A stretch of DNA of 64,000 bases from Vicugna vicugna (taxonomy: Eukaryota), in contig MU058781.1 in assembly GCA_013265495.1 (NCBI GenBank), forward strand, positions 8,723,009 to 8,787,008, given 5' to 3'. This document shows positions 53,700-64,000 of the stretch, piece by piece. The translations under genes and the position numbers were made by a program. A model generated the notes under the pieces. It had not been told where the DNA came from, ran no database searches, and worked only from the letters and a program-made list of their open reading frames with translations. Positions within the stretch are counted from its first letter, which is position 1. Every line of letters begins with the position of its first letter.

Positions 53700-55900
53700 C
53701 AAGAATCATCAGAGTACAGAGAAAGATAATTTTTGGCTTTCAAAATGATGCATGATGCAGAATTATCTAAGAGATTCCTTTAAGCTGGGTTTCAGAGGAC
53801 ATGTAGGATTTGATAGATGGTAATGTGGGCAAGGGCATTTCTGTTCTAGGCTCGAGAAATAGTATGAGCAAATACTGAAAGAGATGGACATGCATATTCT
53901 AGTTAGGAACATGGCCCAGTATGAATAGCTGGGTACATGGCGGTGTGTGATAGATTCTGTGGGGGCCCAGTTGTTGAAGCTTTTTGTCCACAGCTAAGAA
54001 GCTTAACCATTATTTGGTAATTATTGGAAGGAAATAAACTTTAATCAGAGCAAACACAGGAAAGAAAATCTGTATTTTAGGGAAATATTTCAGGTTGTAA
54101 TATGAAGGATAATTAGAAAAGGCAAAACATTGGAGAAGAATAAGGTTATTAAGGCTCTTCAAATGTTCCAGGCGAGAGACTTGAACCTGGCATTGAGAGT
54201 TTGGAAAGGATGAGTTAGAACGAAGGGGCGCTTTGAAGTACAGATTTTGAAAAATTGGAGGATGGGAAAATAAAAAACCCACAGTCACAAAGGACTGAAA
54301 TTTGTAGTCTGAACGATGGGAAAAGGAAATGGAATCAAAAAAGCAGCAGCGTGTTTCAGAGGAAAAGGCAGTTTTAGGCTTGGGTTCAGTGAGGTGTTCG
54401 AAGTCTTTCTTTGTAGCAAAATGTAGCTGTCTGTTTCAAATTCTCATCTGAGGCTCTCTTTAAACGTTCAAGGTAAATAATGGCCAGGGGATCAAACTTT
54501 GGAGCAGAAAGCTGAAGAGGTGCCATCCATCTTGTAGAGGTTGAGAGGATGAGATTTAAGAAGGTATCGTGGATGTGGCAATTAGGAACTCATTGATTAT
54601 CAGAAGACAGCAGTGTCATTGTAGTAGCCATTCCCAGACTTTATTTAGTGTGCCTAAGAATGGCCTTAGAAAGCTTGTCCAAAATGTAGATTTGTTAACT
54701 CTTTATCACAGGTCTCTAGGACTAGCCAGGGCCTGAAAGTCTGCTTTTAAAAGCGTTCAGATGATGGTGATGATAGTAGCTAATATGTATACAGTGAGGA
54801 CTTACATGCCAGACACTGTTTTAAGTTGATTATATTTAAAATCATGGTCTTGTAAGAATCCTATGAGTTATGTTCTGTAATTTCCCTATTTTACAAATGA
54901 GAAAACTGGATCACGAAGAGGTTAAATAACGTGCCCCAGTTTGTACAGACAAGAGATGGTGACGCCACAGCAGATGAGCTTGACCACTGTGTTACTCCCA
55001 GTGAGTGCTGAGAGCCAGTCACTTAGAGCAGCACCCATCAAAGCTAGATAAGGAATACCAATGACCCAGCCTTTCATCTACCGAGGCCCTTAGTCATTGT
55101 ATTTTTTTCTGTGGGTGTTTTAAATGGCATTGCTTTGTTTCCTGGTACAATTCTCGTAACACTGTTTTGACCTTGCTTAACTTTTAATATTCTTTGAGCC
55201 TTGAAAAATGTAAGTGACCAGGTTTCTCTTAACTTTCAAGAGGCCCTGGGTAAGTGGTTGCAGAAGAAGTTGGACTGCAGTGGAATTAGTAGCCGAGGGA
55301 GGCAAGGAAGTCAAAGTAGCTAGGGTCTGGAGATGAAGGAGCAGTGCCCGGCCCAGAATTCTGTGTAGGAAGGGCTTAAGGATGGCAGTCCCAGGTTGAG
55401 AAGCTGTGGTTTTAAAACAAGCACACTGATTTCACTAAGAGTTATGTTTATTTGTACTGCCTTGAAGGGCACTGGGCCAGGGTTACAGAAGGAAATAATT
55501 GGGTCTGGGAGTAGGGTCGGGGGAGGTTGTTGAAGCCCCATAAAAGCTACCCTTTGGTGCCCCCAGCTATGGAAAGAAGAACAGAAATGGTGTGGGAGAT
55601 AATGAAACTGCATGGAGGGAACTCTTTTCACAGTGCAGGCTATTTACACGTGTTTCTGTATGACGAGGAAAAAGGAAGTAAAAGTAAAGGTTTGGTCTCA
55701 CTGGAGAGATGGATCTTACAATACGGGAGAGCGCTTTCAGAGGAGATGGAAGGGATAGTAAGGTTAGAGAAGCACAAGGGTACGAACACTTGTTACCGTG
55801 ACACAAAAGGGAGAAGGAGTGTTCTGGAGAAAAAAATTTGAAAAGTTTTGTGGTGATGGAGGAGGGTTAAAGACTTTAAAAATGAGGGTTCTCCAGCTCT
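53700..55900 (-). mobile_element. L2 LINE remnant interrupted by MER5-like (about 54630-54760), MIR and another DNA-element-like insert
   Basis: Purine-rich L2 antisense pattern: taagctgggtttcagaggacatgtaggatttgatag, ccaggcgagagac, gaggatgagatttaagaaggtatcgtggatgtggcaattagg. Confidence 0.6.
54770..54995 (-). mobile_element. MIR SINE
   Basis: catgccagacactgttttaag...cctattttacaaatgagaaaactgga...gaggttaaataacgtgccc. Confidence 0.85.
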
Positions 55901-56117
55901 TTTAATAATAAGTAGGTAGCAAGGTCATCTGCTCCCAGGAATCACTGGGGATTTGAGGAGAATGTTTGTACATCACCTGATGATTATATGTCTTTGTAGA
56001 CCTTTGAATAAGAGGGAAAAAAATAGAAGCTCTCAGAAGATGTTTCAGTACTTGGATTTTAAATATTTTATCTTCACTGTTGTTTCTGAGATGTGTTGGG
56101 GGGTTGGAAGACTGATT

Positions 56118-56131
56118 CCAGGAGGGGGCAG
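56118..56131 (+). promoter_or_regulatory. Candidate CTCF site
   Basis: CCAGGAGGGGGCAG matches the core consensus CCASYAGRKGGCRS at 13 of 14 positions. Confidence 0.4.
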
Positions 56132-57464
56132 CAGCGCTATAAACATTTAATTCGGGTATGTATTTCCTTTCTCTGTTCACTTGGCTTTTAAAAATTAATA
56201 ATGTGTTTTCTGTCCGTATTACCTTAACTAATGAAAAAAAAGTCTATTAAACTACTTAATAGTCTTAGAATTTATTAATGCATTAGTATCACATTACTAA
56301 ACATAGCAATTGTGGAAAGTCCTGAAAATTATCCTTCTATATAATGGTTCTATTTGAAAAATTTTGATATGATGTAGGCCTAATTTTGTCCCATCCCTGC
56401 CTGTGACTTGTAATAAGAAATTCAAAAAAAGGCTCACCAGCATAAATAGCTTTTAAAATATAAGCTGTGGGAATATAGGGCTCATTGGGCTTGTTGAAAG
56501 AATTTTTAACGTATAAACATTAATTTTTATTGAGCACAGACTGAATTGAAAAAGGCTAAACCTACATGTTAAAATAATTTGGCAGTTCTAACTGCAGATT
56601 CAAAATTTCTGAAAATGTAAATAAATTAAAATGTTAGGCAGTGTTTTGCCATCTGTAATGAATTAGCATTCCATTTTTACCAGCTGCTGCTGGGGTTTTG
56701 AAGCTGACTCAGGATCTGAACACACTGGTGGGTTGCTGGTAACACATAGAAGAACCCGTAGTTTAAATGGACAGGGCTGGACTGGGGATTAGAAGTCACT
56801 GCAATTTTAAGCAGCAGAGATCCTCCCACTTGGGGCAGAAAAGAAGGGTAAACCTTGTGTACAGATGTTACAGCACAGATGAGGAGGATGGACACTACTG
56901 CTTGCTTCTGAGGGGTAGGGCATCCGGACCTGACCCTGACAGATTTGTCCGTGTCATATACAAACTCGTGACGTCTAAGACCTGACAGATTGAAAGAAAT
57001 TTTAGTTAAATATAGGGCGAGTGTCCTGGGAGTTTTAAAGATCTTCCATTGTGTAGAATTGCTGTCCTGTTCCCACCATCACAGACTCATCGGGTGTCCC
57101 CCTGAGCTGACCGGGACTGAAATGTACCTGTCTGGCTGTTAACACAGGCTGCCCTGAGCTCACTGCCCTCGGGCGGAACCTGTCATTGATTTTCTAGTGA
57201 CTCACCCTGTGTTTCTCTGGCTGGCCCTGACTCTGCTGCCTCAGCTGAGTGCAGTGTGAACTCAGAGAACCTGTTTGTGACCCTCAGTTGGTTCTGTGTG
57301 CATTTATCACTGTTACTCATCCACGCAGAGCTCGGAGCTCCGCTCTCATTCTGAACGTGTGTGTCGGGGTCACTCTTAATTGAGCCCTCCTTCTCTTAGA
57401 AGCAGCATCGCGTACTTATCCTGTGTTGACTCAGCCCGTGAATGTTTGAAGTGTCTGTGTTTGG

Positions 57465-57875
57465 CTTTGTATGGCTATAATCCTAGCTCCTTAGCCTGGA
57501 AATTTAGGCCACTTGTGGTCTCTGTTTCCAGCCTTAGGCCTAACCACCCCACTTCCCACGGCTCCAGTCAAGCTCACCTACTTAGACTTTTCCACGTGTG
57601 TTTCAAGCTTTCCCACCAGGATGATGCATCTTTGCTGACCTGCTTTCCTTCCTTCCTTCCTTCCTTCAGGTCGGGCTCAAAATTGCCACGTTGATTTTGG
57701 ACGTTGAGGTGATTTCTCTGACCAGAAACAATTTCTCCCTCCTCAACACTATCGTGTTATTTAATAATATCTTGCTTTTTCCACTGTGCATTGTAGTTAT
57801 TTGTGTTATGTCTTGTCACCCTTACTGGACTATTCCCATGTACTGTCTTGTACACGTAGGTTCTAAGTAAAATTT
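57465..57875 (+). mobile_element. L2 3' region
   Basis: ctagctccttagcctgg...ccttcaggtcgggctcaaaattgccac...tgtcttgtacacgtaggttctaagtaaa. Confidence 0.6.
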
Positions 57876-58429
57876 TGCCAGTGGCAAGGTATGGGGACCC
57901 AGACTGTAGAGGGTCACCAAGAACAGTGAGATAGAACGCCCTTCTTATCTGTCACCTAATTAGCTTCCCCCATTCCGTCACAGACTTGGATCTCCAGCAG
58001 CCCTTTCTAGGCTAACATACCCTGCCCTCATTCCCACATATATCCGCTCTACACTCTTGTCCCGGGCTCCTTCAAGTGTTAAGTCAATGAATCTTTAAAG
58101 CCAGTTTTATCAGCCCTCTGTTTTTAAATGAATCTCTCCCATTAGAGACTGTTCCAGTACTAAGAGCAGAGAGGAGTACCTTCACAGTCTTAAGGCTGAT
58201 GTTCAGGTAGGATGTCATCCCTTTTTCATGGACCCAGAAAGCTGCTCATACCACAGGCAAAACCACGCTCCCCAAAAGGGGCAGAGAACCCTTTGGCAGT
58301 GGCTAGGAGGTGCAGTGAGCATCTGCACCTGGTTTTAAAGTATTGGTACTGTGAGTTAAGAGCAACAGAATATCCCTCTCGGATTTAAAACAACTCACAT
58401 ATGCTTTACCAAAAATAACTCAGTAAATA

Positions 58430-58620
58430 ATATTTCCTGCCTATTATATACAAGGCACCTGAACAGTTTTTATGTCATTTAATCTTCAAAACAACTTTTT
58501 TTGTTGTTGTTGGAAGTCATTATTCCTGCTTTTATAGATGAAGAGCCTGAAATTCAAAGATTCATACAAAAACCAAAAATATTTGTCCCGGGTCAGGCTT
58601 ACTGTTGTCTCTGCCTGGTG
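58430..58620 (-). mobile_element. MIR SINE
   Basis: tcatttaatcttcaaaacaac...tattcctgcttttatagatgaagagcctga. Confidence 0.7.
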
Positions 58621-59917
58621 TTTTGAAACTAATTTAAACTTTATTCTCCTTTTTATCAGCAAATTCTTTCATATCCATGCTGGATTTCTAGACTTTTTGC
58701 TCCTGTCCTCCTCTGACTGTTCTTACCCTCTGGTTCCGAAAGTCATCCCTGACTCCCTGCTTTGCTTCCTCTTTCACGCAGCGATCCCAGCGATTTGCTG
58801 CCCGCATCCTAGAGTGATATTTAGTGAAAGAATCCAGCCTACCCAGACCAAGAAACAGATCACATTTTTTCAAACAGAGCCCTTTCTTCGCAATCAGTTA
58901 AAAATTTTACCCTGACTGTCCAGTTCTCAGTTACAGTACAAAATTGTGATACTGATTATCATCTCTCTATTCCCAGCCCTACCTCATTTTCTCTTTTACT
59001 GTGTTTTAAATCTGTGCCTCTTGTCTTCCTCCGTTTCAGCCCCCTCCAGCTGTTATGAGCAGGGTTGGCCGCTGTGTTCTTGCCGTTGCTTTCCAGTGTT
59101 TGGTTCACCAAGATAGTAGTTTTAATTTCCTCAGAGGTTGTGACTTTCATAGTTGAATTATTTTTTTATCTTTAGAAATAAATTCTATGTCTTTGACATC
59201 ACATGCAGAGAAGCACTAGGGGATATTTTATTATATTGGAGTTTTTGTAAATAATTTCCTTATGCATCAACATGAAGTTTGCCAAGGGCTCCAGAATACT
59301 TAGAATGGGGATGTCAGGTCATAGTGAGCACTTCTACATATTTTATGTTGTTGTTTTTTTAACCCATCAAAGAAACTAAATTCTTTAAATTTTTACAATA
59401 TTTTAACATAAAACCAAGACTCTATAATGTATCATAAACTGGTATTTGTTGTTTATATATTTCTCTGTGAGCTCTGTCTTATATGGTGTACATAAAGCCA
59501 TCCGAATTCGTATATAATGTGGGTTTGAAAACGTATTTGAAAGTCAGTTATCTGAAAGTCAGATTGTTGAGTTACATGTTATAAGGGGAGAAGGTTGCTA
59601 AATAAGTTCCTATAAGGCTTAAAATAGATTATAAAATTTCGTATTATCAGTTCCTGCATACCTGAGCAACTCAGCAGGTGGGAGAGCATCCACAGAGGCC
59701 TTGGCTGGATGGGTTTGGGGACTTCCTTGGCAAGGGACCACCAGCTCTCTGAAGACTGTGGAAGTTATCCAGGCATCTTCCTTAACTACTCTTTACCCAT
59801 CTGGCATGTTGTGTGTGTGTGTCCTGAAACAAATTATATACATGTAAATAATGAGGGTTTAACACGATGTCCTTCTGTATAACTAAGTCTTTATCCCAAC
59901 ACTATTCATTAAATAGA

Positions 59918-60138
59918 CTAGTGAGTCTCCAGGTGTGATCCCAAACCATCTTGATTTTCAAACTTTAAGGAACATCACAGTCACCTGGAGGGGCTTGTTG
60001 AAAACGCAGATTGCTGGGCCGCCTTCCCAGAGTTTATGATTCAGTGGGTCTGGAGTAGAGCTCGAGTGTTTGCATGTCTTTCAAGTTCCAGGATGATAAT
60101 GATGCTGCTGGTCTAGGACTGTCTGTCAAGAATCACTG
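59918..60138. mobile_element. MER5A-like MITE
   Basis: gtcacctggaggggcttgttgaaaacgcagattgctgggcc...cagagtttatgattcagtgggtctgg...gatgctgctggtctaggac. Confidence 0.85.
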
Positions 60139-60149
60139 AAAAAAGACCT

Positions 60150-61070
60150 TCCTGTCTCCACTGGTGTGTGATTTCTTCTTTACCGTATATGTCGATAAAC
60201 ATATATTCTGTGTATTTGATATATAACTCTATAAACCTTCATTTTTTATTCTTTATTCTATACATTTCTTATTAAGAATTTATTTTTAGCTGACTTTTCT
60301 TGTTAAATGGACTCCCTTTTTTGGGTAATATTTTCTAACTTTATCACTTATAGGTGGGCAAGCTATTGATTTGGCTATCTTTATCCAGACATGTGATTGA
60401 AATTTCTTATTAATTATTAATCCTGTAGCTTTTTAGTTGATTCTTCTGGGATTTCTAGGTAAACAACCATATTATTTCTGTCTTTGTCTTTGAACTCTGC
60501 TTATTCCAGAAATGGCTCTTTATGAAATATTTTTCTTATCAGCTAGCATGTTGCTATTATTTGTTTGTCATGATTTTATTTCTTAAGTCGGTCCTTATTA
60601 ATTTATTTTTATGCAAGCTCAAATCTCCTATTTCTGCCTCCACAGTAGACATTTTGATGAAATTGATGATTTATCAACAATATTGATAGATTCTGTTTGG
60701 GAACTGTCACTGCCACTGCAGTCAAGATACTGCACAGTTGTACCACTCACAGAAATGTCCTCCTTGTCCCTTTGTAGTCAAACCCTCTTCTCACTGCCAA
60801 CCCTGGCAACCACAAATTTGTTTTCTGTCCCTTTAGTTTTGTCTCTCCCAGAAAGTCCAGCTTCTTTCACTTAATGTAATGTGTTTGAGGCTCATCCATA
60901 TTGTTGCGTGTTTATTCCTTTGTATTGCTGAGTATTATTCTGTTGTATGAATGTACCACAATTTGTTCATGGGCTCACCAGTTGAAGTGCCTTTAGATTG
61001 TTTCCAAATGTTGGCAGTTGTGAATAAGGCCACCGTAGACATTCACACGCAGACTTCTGTGAGAAAACAC
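60150..61070 (-). mobile_element. Decayed L1 fragments (L1ME/MB-like)
   Basis: tagttgattcttctgggatttctaggtaaacaacc; ccctggcaaccacaaatttgttttctgtcc; ttgtatgaatgtaccacaatttgtt. Confidence 0.75.
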
Positions 61071-61649
61071 CCAGGGTAGTTTCTGATTTTCCTCACCACT
61101 TTTTCTCTCTCATTCGGTCTTTACTTACTGTGATGTATTCTGTTTCCATAATGGCTTCCTCTGATTTCTGAAGTCAGTGTCCCTTTGTGTTAAGAACGAG
61201 TTTGAAAAACTGGCAAAAAAATTCTTCTGTTTACATTTTACATTGATGGTTTATTGATGGAAATTTGTCTCTCTTTGGCACTTCGATTTTTTTTTCTGTT
61301 TTGCTACTAAAATTTTTGTTCTGTGTTTTCTTTGCTCATCCTTTGTAAGAGAGAAGTCTCTAGTCATTTTGAGGTACAGATGAAATTAGATGCTTCAAGC
61401 ATCATCATGAGTTTTGGCAGAAGGGCACAGGGCCCCACCTGTAATTCTTCCCAAAGGGTCTTCCCAAATTCATATTGAAGGATAACAAAACCCATTTCTC
61501 AGTGGGTGGCTGGCTGGGCAATGGAGCAGTAAGATACTGGATTTGAGTTATAGGCATGAGCCTCTTCTCACCTCTGCCTGCATTATTTTCCCAGTTGCAT
61601 TTTAGTCAAGACAAGGATGGCTAATTCCAGGCAGCTGCCCCTTTGCCAC

Positions 61650-61770
61650 ATGTGGTAGGCAGAACTGAAATATGGTCTCCAAGATTCTCACCCTCTTGCT
61701 GTACGAGCCTTGTGTAATTCCGTCCCTTTGAAAGAAGCTGAATATGCCGGGAAGGTCCTGCCATGATTCC
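61650..61770 (+). mobile_element. MaLR LTR 5' fragment, MLT1E-like
   Basis: tgtggtaggcagaactgaaatatggtctccaagattctcaccctc. Confidence 0.65.
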
Positions 61771-61882
61771 GTAGCCGCCCCCCGCAAGTGGCTATTCAAC
61801 ACTGACATGTGGCTAATACAACTAAGCAATGTTTTTATTTATTTAATTTTAATTTATTTAAAAATAAATAGCCACATGTGCC
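61771..61882. mobile_element. MER3/MER33-like hAT MITE fragment
   Basis: gtggctattcaacactgacatgtggctaatacaact...aaatagccacatgtg. Confidence 0.7.
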
Positions 61883-62119
61883 TGCTGAAGTATTTGAAAT
61901 AAAGTGTACTGATGTCTAGATCTTATGTTGAAATGCATTAAAAAAAAAAAAGGAGGGTAGCTATGCAGTAAAGCAAGTGTGGTAAAATGCTTATCACAGA
62001 ATTTCAGTGGTGCTTATATGGAGTTCATTGTAAAATTATTTCAACTTTTTCTGTATAAGTTTTATAATAACTTGATAGGAGGAAATATTTCAAAGTGCTT
62101 TACTGAAAAATTATAATTG

Positions 62120-64000
62120 TTAGGAAAAGTCCAGGACCAGATAGCTTCGCTGGAGAATTCTACCAAACATTTAAAGAAAAATTAACACTAATTCTTCTCA
62201 AGTTATTTCAAAAATAGAAGTGAGAACTTTTCCTAACTCATTTTCTGAGACCAGCAGTATTACCCTGATAACAAAGCTAGGAAAAGCAATTAGGAGAAAA
62301 AAAATTACAGACCAATATCACTAACGAATACAGGTACAAAAATCCTCAGCAAAAGTACTAGCAGGTTAAGCCCCACAGCACACTGAAGGGATTGTGTACC
62401 ACCACCAAGTGGAATTCATCTCAGGAGCGCAAGGGAAGTTAAACACAGAAAACTGATCAGTGACATACACCGTATTAACTAATGTAAGGGAAAGAACATA
62501 CCAATCTCAGACGACACAGAAAAGGCATTTGACAAAACCGAACACCTTATTTTGGTCAAAAACACTAAAAAGAATTCTAAAAGTTGAGGGGAACTTCCTT
62601 AACACGACAAAGGGTGTTTATGTTAGGCCCTCAACTAACATGATGCTCAGTGGTGGAAGAGTGAAAGCTTTCCCCCTAAGATCAGGAACTTGCTTCTGCT
62701 GCAGATATTTAACATTGTACCGGAAGTGCTAGCAAGAGCAATTACAGAAGTAACATGCATTAAAATTGGAAAGGAAGAAATAAAACTTTCTCTCCTCACA
62801 GATGTTGTGACCCTATACATAGATTATGTGACCCTGTACACAGATTATACCAATGAATGTAGAAGAAAGCAACTAAAGCTGAGAAATGAATTTAGCAAAG
62901 CTGTAGGTTACAAGATCAACACACAAAAACCAGTTGTTTTTCTATGCAGTAGCAATGAACAGTCCAAAAATGAAATTAAGAAAGCAGTTAATTTACAGTA
63001 GCATCTTAAAGAATAAACACTTAGGAATAAATTTAATGAAGAAAGTAAAAAATTTAATGAAGGAAGTAGAAAATTATACAGTGAAAACTGCAAAGCGTTA
63101 CTGAAAAAAATTAAATGAGCCCTAAATAAATGGGAAAACGTTTATGTTCATGGATATAATGACTTAATATTGCAAAGATGTTAGTATTATGCAGAGCAAT
63201 CTACAGATGCAGTACAATTCTTATCACTATTCTAGCAGCCTTTTTTTGCAGAAAGAGAAAAGCTAATCCTTAAATTCACGTGAAATTCCAAGAGGCCCTG
63301 AACAGCTAAAGCAATTTTCAAAAGAACAGAGTTGGAATACTCACACTTCCCAACTGCAAAAATTACTATAGAGCTTCAGTGTTTGATCAAAAGAGTGTGG
63401 TACTTATTTATGTTGAGGGGAGGAATATAGCCAATATTTTATGATAACTATAAATAGAGTATAACTAAAAAATTGTGAATTACTATATTGTATACCTGTA
63501 ACATATAATATTGTACATCAACTATACTTTCATTTTTAAAATATATTATAAAATAAATACATAAATAAATAAAAAAGAAAAAAGTAAAAAACAAAACAGA
63601 AAAACCAGTGTGGTACTTACTTGCACAGGAATAGACATCTAGATCAATAGAATAGAACTGGGAGTCTGAAAATAAACCCATACCTGGCAAGCTGATTTTT
63701 GACAAGGGTACCAAGACCATTCAATAGGGAAAGAATTAGTATCTTTACAGATGGTACTCAGACAACTGGATTTCCACATGTAGAAGAATGAAGTTAGACT
63801 CCCTGCCTCACACCATACATAAAAAGAGTTAAAACAATAAGACTGAGAGAAAATATTCATAATACATTTATTTGGCAAAGGATTAATATCCAGGATACAA
63901 GAATTCTTAAAACTCAGTAATATGAAGACAACTGAATTTTTTTGACAACAGAATTTCTAAATGGGCAAAAGCTTTGAGCAGATACTTCACAAAAGAAGAC
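62120..64000 (+). mobile_element. Decayed L1 ORF2 (reverse transcriptase region), running off the window end
   Basis: RT-like remnants: FNIVPEVLARAI...IKIGKEEIKLSL, NEFSKAVGYKINTQKPVVFL, ggagaattctaccaaacatttaaagaa. Many frameshifts and stops. Confidence 0.92.
63407..63606 (+). mobile_element. Younger 5'-truncated L1 3' end with A-rich tail nested in the older L1
   Basis: ggaatatagccaatattttatgataactataaat...catcaactatactt followed by an A-rich tail; exact TSD agtgtggtactta at 63394-63406 and 63607-63619. Confidence 0.88.

Larger units (their letters stand above)
34542..64000 (+). other. CDKAL1: CDKAL1 intron downstream of the radical-SAM exon (partial)
   Basis: Starts GTAAGA at 34542. The expected next exon (EGVCEIWLTSEDTGAYG...) was not found in the window. 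Confidence 0.85.

Noticed and set aside
1..64000. The many 60-170 aa ORFs in the supplied track as protein-coding genes
   Set aside because: They have low-complexity F/L/I-rich composition, many start at GTG/TTG, many overlap repeats, and none shows recognisable homology apart from L1 remnants. The one real exon is not in the track.
1..64000. Prokaryotic-style systems (CRISPR array, operon, defence island, prophage)
   Set aside because: No regularly spaced repeat-spacer structure and no gene-dense region. The sequence is mammalian intron.
62120..64000. Active reverse transcriptase gene
   Set aside because: L1 ORF2 is broken by frameshifts, stops, duplications and a nested insertion.

Overview
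AT-rich mammalian intronic DNA, most likely from a camelid (one tRNA-Ala-derived Vic-1-like SINE and camelid-type L1 3' ends; I saw no Alu, B1/B2, BovB/Bov-tA or PRE1). The window lies inside CDKAL1 (tRNA-Lys(UUU) t6A37 methylthiotransferase) on the + strand. It holds one recognisable coding exon (34438-34541, 104 bp), which encodes the radical-SAM CxxxCxxC motif and is missed by the ORF track. The rest is two long introns filled with decayed L1, L2, MIR, MaLR LTR and hAT/Tigger fossils, microsatellites and several repeat-free, motif-rich blocks that look like enhancers. None of the listed ORFs is a credible gene. I found no evidence for a new multi-gene system. The best leads are a Pro-to-Leu change in the CDKAL1 exon, a SOX/bHLH/homeobox motif cluster near 49.8-50.6 kb, and a TSD-bounded L1 with a large internal deletion. 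Repeat families were assigned by eye from remembered consensus sequences, and their boundaries are approximate.
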